A stretch of 63,146 nt of DNA from Tubiluchus corallicola (lineage: Eukaryota; Animalia; Priapulida). Both the position numbers and the translations under genes were made by a program. The notes under the pieces were generated by a model, which was given only the letters and a program-made list of their open reading frames with translations, did no database searches and had not been told where the DNA came from. Each line of letters opens with the position of its first letter. Within the stretch, counting starts at the first letter, position 1. Positions 16,560 to 30,785 of this stretch are shown here, piece after piece. The stretch covers positions 1 through 63,146 of the forward strand of contig JAQGDQ010001097.1 of the NCBI GenBank assembly GCA_030141605.1, in the 5' to 3' direction.

Positions 16560-16656
16560 GTAGAAGACAAATAAAAATACATGAATAAAATTATGAAAAA
16601 CTTTAACTATTAAAGTTTTTCATAATTTTATTCATGTATTTTTATTTGTCTTCTAC
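16560..16656. repeat. Perfect inverted repeat, 47-bp arms, 3-nt loop
   Basis: GTAGAAGACAAATAAAAATACATGAATAAAATTATGAAAAACTTTAA, then CTA, then the exact reverse complement. Confidence 0.95.
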
Positions 16657-17418
16657 TACTACTACAGCTACTGCTGCTGCTGCTGCTGCTGCTACATGCT
16701 GTCACACATGCAGCAGTTATATTTCAACATTAATTTAATTTAGAAGTTTAACTTTCGATACATAGTATATTCATCAGAACAAAGGAGTTGACTGAGAGAA
16801 GTATTGTAAGAACGTGTGAATACGCGACGCATAGACACAGGCTTCAAATTATGCATTGTATACTGTGGATACAGGCTGAATAGTACAATAGAGGGATGAA
16901 GTAATAGAGTTGTGATAGGCAGACAATGTTCTATACAAAAATGGATTTCAGTCTTTGAGGTATGGATTCTCTGTTGAGACCAAAAGGGTGATCCATTTGA
17001 AGTGTGCTGATCCAGTATAATTCCCTTTAACGAACAACGCAGTACAGTATACAACACAATGTACAAAAATAGTCACACAAAGCATCCCGACACTTGGGCA
17101 TAATCGTCATAGTAAAAGAAACAGAAGAGGTTACACAGTTCATAATATTTACACGTTTGCAAAACTAATATAATTACAATAATGCGCCATTGCTATCAAT
17201 TGAATACGATTTTCTGTGATTAAGCTTCTGTTTTCCTTTTTTTTCAAAACTGTCTGTAATACAATTTAAAACTAGATTTGCAAGTTCACAGTCAGTTCCA
17301 TTCATCAGAAATGCAATTTTTCCTGTAACGTGATATTCATAAATATTGATAAAATTTCATTGATATGACAGAACAAGTTTTGTCTCAACTCATTACATTA
17401 GTTACATGCAAGAATTAA

Positions 17419-18306
17419 AGGTCCCATGACATTTTTTATGTTATTTTCTTTGCGGAATTGCATATTTCTTCATTTTTAAGACTGTTCTGATGCGTACTTT
17501 TATGTGATATTGTTACTTATATTGCACGAAGCAAATATTACCTCCCGCCATGACACTCAATGCTATGACGTCACGTTAGGTAGAGCTTAGTGAGAGGTAA
17601 TACAATAGACAACCTGCCCGCCGTGACACTCAATGTTATGACGTCACGTTAGGTAGAGCTTACTGAGAGCTAGTACAATAGACAACTGGCGCTCACAGCA
17701 AGCAGAGCACAATGAACAGAACGGTATACGTTTCTTTCAATATTCTTTATCTATTTATGGCAAATAAACTTATAAGAATCAGTCTTCAATTTACCAGCCT
17801 GCAAGGTACAGCACATTTACAGTAACAAACTCAATACACAGAGCAGTATGATGTTACCGTAATATTATTTAAACTGCGCGTAGGATGCATGAACAATAGG
17901 TGTGCCGAGTACTTCGCGAATTAAATCATGCTGCTTATTTTGGGCTAGATGAACGGGATTATTAAGGTAATAACCTTTCTAGCTACATTTAATGAAAACT
18001 ATATTTAGTCTAGGTTAGCAGTAAGACATTTCAAACCTGAGTGATTCTCTGAATTTTGTGTCCTCATGTTTTTTTCTCCTGCAAATTTGTTATTTTCTGT
18101 AACAGTATTTCTAAAATTGTCGCATTAAGTACGCCATTGTGCTAAAAAGTAAGTATACTGTACCCAAATTTGTGGAATGAATGTCATTTTGATAACAAAA
18201 TTGTGACACCATCAATGTCCCCAGTATTTAGTTTATATATATATATATATAAATATATATATAATATCTGATATATAACTATAAATATATAATATCTGAT
18301 AAATAG

Positions 18307-18348
<42 letters not shown>

Positions 18349-18491
18349 ATATAATATCTGATATATAACTATAAATATATAATATCTGATAAATAGCTAT
18401 ATATATATAGTTATTTATCAGAGCCTCTCTTCTTTAATTTCGACGCTTTTCGTTGTCAAATTTTTCATCATTACAAAAACGGCATGGTCCT
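17419..18491. mobile_element. Putative Kolobok-like element with an internal ~75-bp tandem duplication
   Basis: TTAA|AGGTCCCATGAC ... GGCATGGTCCT imperfect TIR. The unit containing TGACGTCA is duplicated at about 17543-17685. Confidence 0.45.
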
Positions 18492-19096
18492 TTGTTAAGG
18501 GGGAATTTCAGGATAGTTCACCCAAATAAAATCATGAAAAAAGTGAAGCGGATATAGAAATAAACAATACTTATGCAAATGCCAACCTTATTAATTTCTC
18601 AGTTTTACGGTCATTAAACCGGATCTGGAAGAGTCTAACTGCACTCAGCACATGAAATTTTCAAAATAAAACGTCTTCATTTCACAAATTCTGAGATTCG
18701 TGCAAAGAATGCTTAACGTCATATCCAGTCTTACGTGTGAGTCTCCAGAGTGGAACAACGTTCTGTGATACCATCTTTTAATGTGAGACGGGAAATCACT
18801 AAACACGAGAAATAGACTTCTGTTAGGAGACGCTATTATTATTCGTTACTTGTAATGTAACGTGCGCATGTATAAGCTTTGCAGCACCACTACCGAGGAA
18901 TGCTAATTATTTCTGACGTTTTAAATATTAAAAAATAATAGTTTCGTGGTAGCAAGTACTTATTTTTTTATTCTACATCCAATGATAAAATACGATCTAC
19001 AATAAAAATATTATATAAAACACGTTGACAAAAACATACAAATGCAATATCTACAAGAATGTGGTAAAGACACAAAGAGTTAAAACTGATTACATC

Positions 19097-19588
19097 CAGT
19101 AGCGGCTCGTAGCTAAAATTAGTGGGGGTGCTGCTTCAGAACATTTTTAGCCATTGTTTTAATACTGTGTAAAACGAAACAAACATCATATGAAACAGGC
19201 ATATGAAAGTTTGCACCTAAACTTGGTAAAATCCTGTACAAAAACATATTTTTTGCTTACTAATAGCCTAAATTGTCGCAGCTGAAGCTTGATCCATTCA
19301 CGGTTGGCACGTGACAAATGACAACAAACTGTGTGAGCAACAGTACTTTCTCTGCCTGGACTCAGACATGTGCACATGTCCGCATGCGCACAACAGCCAA
19401 AGTTGCTAGAGCGCACTGCGCTGTGCTGTGAGGCAAATGACAATACTACCCTCACGTGCTCTGGTTTCGTGCAAGTATAAAGAAAGATCTAAAGAAAAAA
19501 CACTTTTAATATTCAATATTATCTTTAATATCGAGTGAAAATAGTGGGTGCTGCAGTTCCACAGTACTTATACACGAGCCGACACCGA
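19097..19588 (+). mobile_element. hAT-type MITE with 8-bp TSD
   Basis: TIR CAGTAGCGGCTCGT / ACGAGCCGACACCG, flanked by ATTACATC at 19089-19096 and 19589-19596. An inverted homolog lies at 55624-56049. Confidence 0.8.
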
Positions 19589-20221
19589 ATTACATCTGTC
19601 TATTGCGTACAAGGAATTTATGCAAGTTAACTTTAATTAATCTTACTTACTCACTCACTCACTCATTCACTTACCTACTTACTTGCTTACCCACTTACTT
19701 ACTTACTGTTCAAGTGCATGGAGAAGTGAAGGTGAACCGTGTTGTTTTGACGCCTGATATTTAAAATTGCTCTTACGATATGGCTTCAGACGTCTCAGCG
19801 GCTTCAAGTGTGGGCGTTTAATAGCCTGAAACCCAGTTTTGCTTTCAATAAGAAGAAACCTGCAGCATAAAAGCAAACGAGGTGCACGTTGCAAAAGAGT
19901 TGGCCTTTCAAAAGCTCTAAATTTGAGAGCAGAAATTAGTTAAACCATTTCTAAGGAAGGGCGTGCTTTTCGATGCAGCTTTTTATTCGTTCACTCATTT
20001 GCTTTTTCGTTCACACTTTCTCTAGTTAGAATGTTTGTCAACGTTCGTCTCTTTCACTCATTTTAGATTCTTCTTTTGTATATGGTTATTTTGTTTTGGT
20101 TGTTTATTTGTTATTTGGATGTTAGTATGGCTGCTTAGTTGGGTTGGTAAGTAGGTAGATCGGTCAGCCGGTCGTCGGCCGGTAAAAGAAAAGTCAATAT
20201 TTTTTACCGTTGCCCATTTAA

Positions 20222-20873
20222 AGCACAAGAAAACCTTCCACTTACATAAAGCATAATAAATTCGTCTGTAAAGTTTACAGCACTTACATACTGCTTCTTT
20301 GCATACAGGGATTGCGTCGGCAGTAACGCTGTAGAAAACATGTTAATTTAAACTCCCACGATGACCGTTAGACGTAGCCATTTTGACGATAAGTTATTTG
20401 AAACAAGTTTAGATAAATTGAATAAAGTTTGAAAAATAATCAGAGCACTCATAGCGCACACGTCACTAACTAAGTAAAATTTTAAATTACTGTATCTCGT
20501 TAATAAGATTAAAATACGTTTTTTGGTTAGTGAGTGGTGCCCCTCTAGATGAGTCAATAACATTTTAGCAATTGGTGAAAACATTTTAAATAATTAAAAA
20601 TTTTCTTTTCTAGTTACATAAGTCTTTCCAGCAGGTAAGCGAAATGATAAGTAATATAACTTTGCATGAAAAGTTTTTTGGGACATAATTTAACATTTCC
20701 CTTTCTTCCCCTGATTTACGTTTGCGTAGTGACGTCATGTAATGGCGCGGTCGGAATAGTACTGCGGGAGATTTAATATGAAGACAAACAAGAATCCCTT
20801 TCAACGCTAGCACGATATACGCATAAAATTGTTATAAAGTAATGTAATTTTTTAGGCGATTTTTTCTTCTCCT
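20222..20873 (-). mobile_element. Family C copy
   Basis: Reverse-complement homology to 8663-9151, TTAA on both sides. Confidence 0.75.
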
Positions 20874-21591
20874 TTAACAGACAACATTAGCACTAATTGC
20901 TATTTAGCGACTGACGGTCGGTTAGCTGGTTGATTGAATTCCTTCGTCTGTTTGCTGATTGTTTGGTCGCTTTTTTGCTTGGTCAGTTGTCTTGCACGAG
21001 TGGTCTGTCTGCTTGTTTTTCGCCTTCTGATTTTTCTGCTGTCGCTGTATTCGAACCCGGCACGCCTAAATTAGCGAAACTGTGCGCATAAGCTTTGTCA
21101 CGTGACCAGTGGAGCATCTGTTCCATTACCCTGATAATAGAGTTAAATCAGGCCTAAAGCCATCTGATCTAATCGCCAGTCAATGTGACAGAAAACCGTC
21201 TGGACAATGGCTGAGATCTTTACAGAAGCTGTGCATAAGACAGTCAGGCAGAAAATTAGTTAGTCTGTCTGCAATGTGCGTCCATTTCCACGAGTGAGCA
21301 ATCCTGAAAGAGCCAAAAGGCGGTTCTGCTCGGCAGGCCTGAATTATCATGTCAGCTAGTATAATGGGCTACAGCGTAGGACCCGTCAAGCTTGGGATCT
21401 CTTAAACTTTGGAAACATTTGGTAAAAAAGCTGTTTTTTTTCACTACAGTTGTGTTGAAATATGTGCTAATTTGGTTTGCAAAATATAGTAGAATAGCGA
21501 TGTTTGTTTTTATTGACAAACGAAAGCTGTTCTAGTTTATAGTTAAAACACACAACTTTAGTAAATCTTTTACTTTTGCATAAAAATCATG

Positions 21592-21990
21592 CCAAACGTT
21601 TCGACAGACTACTGCTGTTATCATAAGTGGTAAATTTACAAACATACAACCAGTTCATATAGGCAGAACCTATTATGCACTGATTAAGTAGTTAACAGAA
21701 ACTAAATAGGTAATGAATAAGGAGAAAGGTAAAGAAATCGATTCGTTAACTTAAGCACTAATTATGTATTTACAAAAGCCAAATAGGTAATTATTACGCA
21801 GACCTGAAGAAAAGAAATTGATACAGTAACAAATAGCTAAGTGTTTGAAAATAAAGTTAAAATAATTGAACTGCTTTATACATTAAGAGAAGGCTTATTA
21901 TGGTACATAGATAAAGTTTCGTTTATGAGTATGTCTAATTTGCTATTCTAGTTTATTTAAAAAGCTATGTAAATGTCGCTAAAAGATATC
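21592..21990 (-). mobile_element. Penelope-like retroelement remnant (GIY-YIG C-terminus plus pLTR hammerhead-like motif)
   Basis: The minus strand at about 21938-21845 reads LDILINETLSMYHNKPSLNV*SSSIILTLF, matching the PLE end motif L.I.E.L.I...KPSLN.Q..S..L.LF. Downstream lies CTTATGA-TAACAG..CTGTC-GAAAC-GTT at 21592-21630. Confidence 0.7.
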
Positions 21991-22104
21991 AAGAGTAAAA
22001 ATATTCAAGACGGGTAGGGACACTTTAGAGGGTGGCTCGATCGTCGAATTTCATTAGCCTAAAAGTTTCCAATGGTGGGATCATCCTGCCTTGCTGCTCC
22101 GTAT

Positions 22105-23240
22105 GATCGAATATAATTAAAAATGGCACAGAAAAAAGGCATAAGAAAAATGGCACAAATGGAAAACTAGGTAAAAATGGCACAGAAAAAATAGCATAGG
22201 AAAAAATGGTACATAAAAAAATGGCATAGGAAAAATGGTACAGAAAAAAATGGCGTAGGAAAAAATGGCACAAATGGAAAAGTAGGTAAAAATGCCACAC
22301 TTAGTAAAACATGAATTTATTGTTAGGATTACCGTACGGAAAATTATATTTTGTTATTTTTACCTCTACCAAGAAAATTACGCTTCAGCACAGTTTGTTA
22401 GTTTGTTTGTTCGTTCGTTTGTTTTTGACTGTTATCGCACTGAGCCTATTACGTAACAACTACCTAATAGATTTCCAGAAACGTTGTAGAGAAGGCGGGC
22501 ATTGGGTGAAAAATGGAAATGTTTAGTTCTGGTTCCATTTCGAGAAATTCTCGCTTGTAAAACTGTGCAACTTTGTAATTAACGTTTGCTTATTAATATG
22601 TATAGCCTTATAAGGTGACTTGGTATGTGAATATGTATATATTTGTCAGTCTATTACAATCGCCAAAATTAATGATTAAAAATGTAGATAAACATTTGTG
22701 AATTATTGATTATAAATATATTTAATGAAAAATATTTTTGCGAGTCTTTTGCTAGTCTATATTTTATCAAAGATGCACATTTTTATATGTTTGCTTGTTT
22801 ATCTTTGTGTTATTTTTTCAATCAAAAGAATCAGACGAACAAGTTTAGGATTGTTCGGCTTTGGCAGAAATCTGCTTGCTAATGAGCGCATTCTAGTATT
22901 ATTATAGAAATCAATTACATCAAAATGTCATATGTACCATTTTAGTACTCTTCCACTTGTGCCATTTTTTCCTGTGCCGTTTTTACCTGCTTTTTGATTT
23001 GCGTCATTTTTCCTGTGCCATCTTTACCGTGCCATTTTGTTCTTGTGCCATTTTTGCCGACTTTTACATTGGTGCCATTTTGTTGTGCCATTTTTTCTAC
23101 TTTTCCATTTATGCCATTTTTACATACTTTTGATTTGCGTCATTTTTTTTCTGTGCCATCTTTACCGTGCCATTTTGTTCTTGTGCCATTTTTTGCCTAC
23201 TTTTCCATTGGTGGCATTTTTTCCTATCCTTTCCTGATCG
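22105..23240. mobile_element. Foldback-like composite: inverted arrays of AAAAATGGCAC / GTGCCATTTTT units around a HINE-like core
   Basis: The left array (22120-22297) and right array (22935-23225) are in opposite orientation. The core at about 22340-22930 is homologous to 60520-61240. Confidence 0.7.
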
Positions 23241-24888
23241 TAAAAAGGTCAAAGGTTCAGTGTACCAGACAACGCATTTATGTACACTTGACAACGCCTC
23301 GCAGCCCATGTTATTGTAATAGTAACGGTTTTAACATGTTTTAACAGCTAGCTAGAACCTTACCAATTTCATTTTTTCTTGTTCCCAATCAATATTCTGC
23401 TAGTAAATCACTCTACGCGCAGACTAAAGCATAATTAAGTAAACTTTACGTAAAACAACTGACGCTACTGAGCTGGCGTGCAGACATCACGTGACAGTTG
23501 TAGTTAAGACGCGTTGCTGTGGTACACTTAACCTTTGACCTGCAGCAACTGCGCGTGCGCACAACGAAAGTGTGAAAGGCTTATTGTATATGTAATTATG
23601 ACGTAATTGTACTCGATTACTACGTACAAATGCTCATGCTACTGTGTTATTAGTGACTTTTTGTGCATCTTGTGTTCTATGCCCTGTAGATTATGATTGT
23701 GTTATTATCACAATGTCCAAGAAACAATACTAAGTAATCCTTTAATTATTCTTTATTTTTTATTTCTTCATCCGGAAGGTAGTTCTGATAGTCATGGACT
23801 AAAATCATTGTCTTTTGGTTTCGTTACTATGCAATTTTTGGGCTACTCGCGTGCGTCGTAACTCCATAAACAGGTCTATTTTGCCGCGATGCTGGTTGTG
23901 TTTGTGTGTTGTAGGCATTAATATTATCGTATTTAAGAACCATTTGTATGTCAAGCAGATGAAATTGAAATCTCTTCTAGCCTTGGTTTGCTTTGAAGAT
24001 AAAGCTTGCGCAGTAACTTCATAAACAGGTCTATTTTGCCGTGATGCCGAATCGAATTGCGCTTACGAATTGTAGTCCTGCTAATTGTAGGCATTAAGAA
24101 CTATCTTGCATTTTAAGCAGATGAGATTTAAATTTCTTTAGGCCTTGGTTTTTCTCTGAGGCGAAGATAATTTCGGCAAAAATAATCTCCTATCACAGTC
24201 GACAAGAATAAATTTAATGGCTGCCAAATTACTGAAAACTTCATCGCATAAAAGTGGCGTCAATGACTGTTACTGTGCACTGTTGTGTGAGTTTCTTCAA
24301 AATGTTATTGTAGCCCTGAGGTTTGTAAATCTGATGAGATAAAGATTGAAAACGAAACCGTTAAGATCTCGCCATGAAAAACATTCTCATAAAATAATGG
24401 GTTTGTTGATGATGGTTTGCAACTGAAGTAGAGAGTTTATTTTGTAGGCCATTGGGGTTACTAACAGACAGTCGCGAATTACGAGTTTTCAGTGAAGCCG
24501 AGAAAGTCAAACAGAGCAGAGCAGATTTTCATTTTGAATAAATTGCTTATCATTTACTAAGCGTTCTGGAAAAAAGTTTCTAAGCCAACTGGTGGAAATG
24601 TTACTAATAGCGTAGGCTGCGTTGTTTATTCTTAAAAATAGCACATCTATGCATCCATTCGTCCGGCTAGCTCTAAAAGCTACCATCACTTTCTCATTCT
24701 ACCGACCTGGAGTGAGTGGCCGAGTGCTTTAGATTTCTGACAGCAAAATGCAGTCTTGAGTTCGATACTAATGGCAGGAAACGCCAGGGCATATATCCTA
24801 CATGCTATTTGTGAGTTGTCCTTGCCTGCATTGTCGTAAATGTTTGTCGCTAAATAGCCGTGGCAAGTTAGTGCCAATATTCTGTTAA

Positions 24889-25527
24889 AGCAAAACTGGA
24901 CTTAATGTTAAACTGTAGGTGAAAACAATCTACTCTTTGAAATATTGAAAGAAAACACACTATTTCTTTTCAAAAATGACGTACGTGAAAGAATTATTAC
25001 CACACAAACATAATTTCGCCTTCGCGCCACTGATTCTTTGCTGTTACCTGCATTTCGCCATTCGCTAGTTAGACGGCCCTAGCGCCTGCATTTCGCCATT
25101 CGCTAGTTTGACGGGCACTAGCGCTTGCATTTCGGAAACGCATTGCGCAAAAACAGGTGCCGTACCTCTCCGTTCGGATGTGTTAGTTTGTGACGACTGC
25201 GTGAGCATAGCGGTAAATTTGAAATCTGAATTTTTATCTTAAAACTTGCTAAATTTTAGTACAACACACTGTATAGTTTACAGTAGCACTGTACTTTCGC
25301 TTTCGCAAACACTTGCAATACGCTCTTGGAATACTTTTGCTGTTGAAAATTATGTTAGTTTGTGATGTCATCAATAGTTGGGCTCGCGCGCCGAATAGCT
25401 AATAGTTTTTAACCTATTATTTAATTATCAGAAACGCTATTGCAATTGCAGTATCAATTGTGTTAAAATGTATGCTTTTATCAGACTTGAAAATGGGATG
25501 GGATATGAAAAATCATCCTGCCTTCCT
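24889..25527 (-). mobile_element. Family A full-length copy
   Basis: TTAA|AGCAAAACTGGAC ... ATCATCCTGCCTTCCT|TTAA, with an internal ~38-bp duplication. Confidence 0.85.
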
Positions 25528-25682
25528 TTAAATACGTCTTACTTAGTATATTTGTTGAGTTAATTCTTACATAATTAATTCTTATTATTTCTTTACATTC
25601 ATTTAAAATAAATTAGCTTTGTATAAAAATTCTGAAAAAAATGTTTTATAATTTACACACACACGCACGCACGCACGCACGC

Positions 25683-25731
<49 letters not shown>

Positions 25732-26215
25732 TAGATAGATAGATAGTTAGATAGATAGATATAGATACATATACAATTATATACATATGTATATAAGTTT
25801 AAACAAAAAATTCGATACTTACCTCTTTTACTGGGAAACAATGAATGTCCTCTGTTGCACGGTCGAAAGACGATAAACGTTTACGCAAGTAAAACAAGTA
25901 GAACGTCTTGTATCTACGACAATATAATTACGGATACTGTTTCAACAACGCTGACCAATAACAAGTTCTAGCACGCAGTTTACCTGGGGCTTCTCTTAAT
26001 ATTGTTTACAGCCGTGCGTCAATCGACATTTGATCGTCTGCGCATTTGTCGACATTTGGCTGTTTGCGCAAGCTGTTCATTTTATTAAACAAGTAAACGC
26101 GAGCGAGTCGGTGCAGGGCGAAAGTATTTAAAAGAAGGAAGAACAGAGAGACAAGGAAATAACGTTGACTGAGAATGAGCCAAATAAGAGATATAAGAAA
26201 GACTATCATCATCAT

Positions 26216-26263
<48 letters not shown>

Positions 26264-26308
26264 TGTATATATGTAGAAAAGTTTCCATAAGAGAGGGAGA
26301 GAGAGAGG

Positions 26309-26545
26309 TTTTGATTTGATTTAAAACTTCATTTCAAACAATGTTCATATAAAAATTTGCAGCACAAAACATATGCAACAGGTATTACACTACAAAATGA
26401 AAATATAAAATAGACTTAAATTTGGTTAATAAATTACAAATTGCGCAGCTGCAATTGGAATTTGGATTTTTCTCCAAATGTCTCTAGTATCAGATGTAAA
26501 TATGCATCGCATTCCTTTAAATTTTTACAGATAATATTTGTAATG
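26309..26545 (-). mobile_element. 3' end of an RTE-X-like LINE
   Basis: The minus strand reads NIICKNLKECDA-(frameshift)-FTSDTRDIWRK, similar to the C-terminus NLMCQKILVSDAKFTSHIRQQWWR at about 31780-31850. It has the same TGTTTGAAA...AATCAAATCAAA tail. Confidence 0.55.
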
Positions 26546-26554
26546 TTAGTTATT

Positions 26555-27060
<506 letters not shown>

Positions 27061-27701
27061 GAATAAGAAAAGATGGAAATTATTAAAAAGAATAAGAAAT
27101 ACACACATTACTACTATCAATACAGCGCTGTCACAGAAAATTAATTGCTGAAAGTACTGAGATAAATAGTTAAACAAATCATTCCCTTTAATAGTCAGTT
27201 GCTTTTACTTATTACCTTTGCATTTAACATGAAACCAGAATGGCCTGACTTCGTCATCAAATCCACCTGAGCCGTCTTGTATGAATCCTTTCCCGCGCCG
27301 CCCATTTATGTCCTCCGGAATGATTAAACAGCTGCGTGTCGACAAGAACTACCTACCCCGTGACAATACTTTACAGACGACCTCTGCAAAATAATCAATT
27401 TAAGTAACGTTAATAGAGTACAAAGATGCTAATGTTGTGTGAAAATGTGAACAAGCCTCAATGAATGCGTAACGCCGTTAACCTGTTCAACTTTTATTAT
27501 ATTTATTTTTTATTCAACTCACGTCACAATTTGTAAACATTATAATTGCATTTCTAGTTTACATACTGACGTGGACTGGGAGAAACACATTTAATTTATT
27601 ATTATTTATTACCTACTCGAACGCTACATTAGCAAACGGATACAGAGTGAACGTAGAAAATAACATATATGTAGTACAATATAGGCGCAAATGATGGGTG
27701 A

Positions 27702-28275
<574 letters not shown>

Positions 28276-28429
28276 GTATGGCAAAAACGCCGCAAAACGT
28301 ACAGGTCACAGTCCATGAACGTAAACAGCACACAAATTAGTTTACTGTATATGTAGTTTGGCCGATGGTGACAAGTGGCGATGAACAACAGATGATGATC
28401 AGTGAAAAGTTTATCGTACAGAATCTCAA

Positions 28430-29034
28430 AGGAAGACAGGATGATTTTTCATACACTACCCCATTTTCAAGTCGGATAAAAAGTATACATTTTTTAAAAC
28501 ACAATTAATACTGCAAAAGCATTTCTGATAATTAGATAATAGATTAAAATTTTAATTAACGGTGGGCGAGCCCAAATATTGATGATATCACAAACTAACA
28601 TAATTCTTAACAGCAAAAATATTCCACGAGCGTGTTGCACGTGTTTTCGAAAGCGAAAATTGAAGTACAGTGCTACTCTAAGATATTCAGTGTGTTGTAC
28701 AAAACCTAGACAAGTTTTAAGATAAAATTTCAGGTTGCAAATTTACCGCTGTGTTCACGCATGAGCTGTCACAAACTAACACATCTCAGCTAAGAGGTAC
28801 AGCACCTATTTTTAGATAGAATGCGCTTCCGAAATGCTGGCGCTAGTGCCCGACTAACTAGAGAATGAAGAAAGGCGTGTAATAGCGAAAAACTAGAGGC
28901 GCGAACGTGAAATTATGTTTGTGTGATAATGATTCTTCCACGTAAGTCATTTTTGAAAAAAATGTAATTTCCTTTCAGTATTTTAAAGAGTAGATTGTTT
29001 TGGCATACAGTTTAAGATTGGGTCTGGTTTCGCT
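28430..29034 (+). mobile_element. Family A full-length copy
   Basis: AGGAAGACAGGATGATTTTTC ... GGGTCTGGTTTCGCT|TTAA, collinear with 1861-2469. Confidence 0.85.
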
Positions 29035-29093
29035 TTAACTATTAGTACTATTGCTCCTCTATAAGATTTTACCGATAGGATCTTTCTCCGCCC

Positions 29094-29349
<256 letters not shown>

Positions 29350-30785
29350 TGACTTATTATTGTTTATTAACAATTTGTTGTATTGTAAAATTGAAGTATA
29401 TTACGAATTTATAATAAATATAAATTCAAATACAACTCAATTCAATTCAAAAATTCAATTCAAATTCACTACTGATGACTGAAGTATAAAACTGCATAAT
29501 CTAAAGTGAAATAATTATGTAGTACACGTAGAATCAACTTAATTAACGAGGATTATAATAAAGTGCGCATACATAACAATTATCTAGTACACAACAGTAT
29601 TGACACCTGACTATACCTGGTCAAGTGTGGTAGTAGATTGTGATTCCACAATACCTAAAAACTTATGAAAAAAGTAAATTTAACAGGCCTTGGAGAAGTT
29701 GAATGGCAATAAAAAATTTAATTGATACCCAGCATCCCTGACCCTTTGACTGAGGTCACCGTTCACAGTGCCACGTTTAAAAGAAGACCAAGACTCAATT
29801 TCATTTTAATCTGCAGTCCAATATATACATTTTCTTGCCTATAAAAGTTAGCAATTGTTTCTTATATTTGAAAAATTAGCTTAGAAAGTTAATTAACGGC
29901 AACCGAACACAGTTATTGTTTACGTCAGAAACTAACCACAGTTTATGCAATGGCAGGGATCTTCCCTTGCGCGTCAAGCACCCTTGCGTAAGTATTACTG
30001 CTTAAACGCGCGATGTCATGAAAACGGGCTCTACGTCATATGACGCCAGAAACTAACACTGCAATTCATGATCATGGTTATCACGGTACCGCCTTCTATT
30101 TGTCGGCCACGCGTATGTGACAAAGAAGCGCCGCTGCCAATCTTAGCAGATTCACTGAGCCGCCTGTAGCTTTGAAAGTTTAACAAAATTTGAGTATCCG
30201 AGGTAATTATTATTTAATCTAACCTTTGATTTAAAAAAGGCTGTTGTAGTTTTCAATATTTTAGAGCATTCTTTATTCTGAACTAATGTTTACACAATCA
30301 TCCGGTTTTCCCTTCATCCTATTTGTTTCATGCTCATAAGCTCTTGAAACGTTTAAGAGATTAATAATTCTTCTCCTCCTTGCACTTGTTACAGAAGTAA
30401 TCGCCTTACCTGGGCAACACAGGCAATTTGTAAACCAATCTCAGCTGCCATGGTTACAAGCAATATTAGATATCTTTCGAAAGAAAAAAGCAAGAAAGGG
30501 TCTTTTCGAATTTGCTTTTGAACATCAGGCGAAAAATAAGCAGCAATTTTAGTAATCTAGCACCGGTAGCAATTTTAGGGGACTCCATTAAGAGTAATGG
30601 AAACCACTTTTTTGTGAGCTATCTACATTCATTTACGGTATTTCCTAGAAGCACGAGGAGATTTCCCAGAAGTGCGTTCTGTTAATGACGTCAGCCTATT
30701 GAGAACCTTCAAGGTTGGAAAAAATGCTGTTAGCTGTTGTAGCGCTGAGTTCAGACTAAAGAGTTCTTTCGAGAGTTCGTTCTGA

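Noticed and set aside
24331-24360. CTGATGA...GAAAC hammerhead-like spacing
   Set aside because: The intervening sequence cannot form stem II and no flanking stems are evident.
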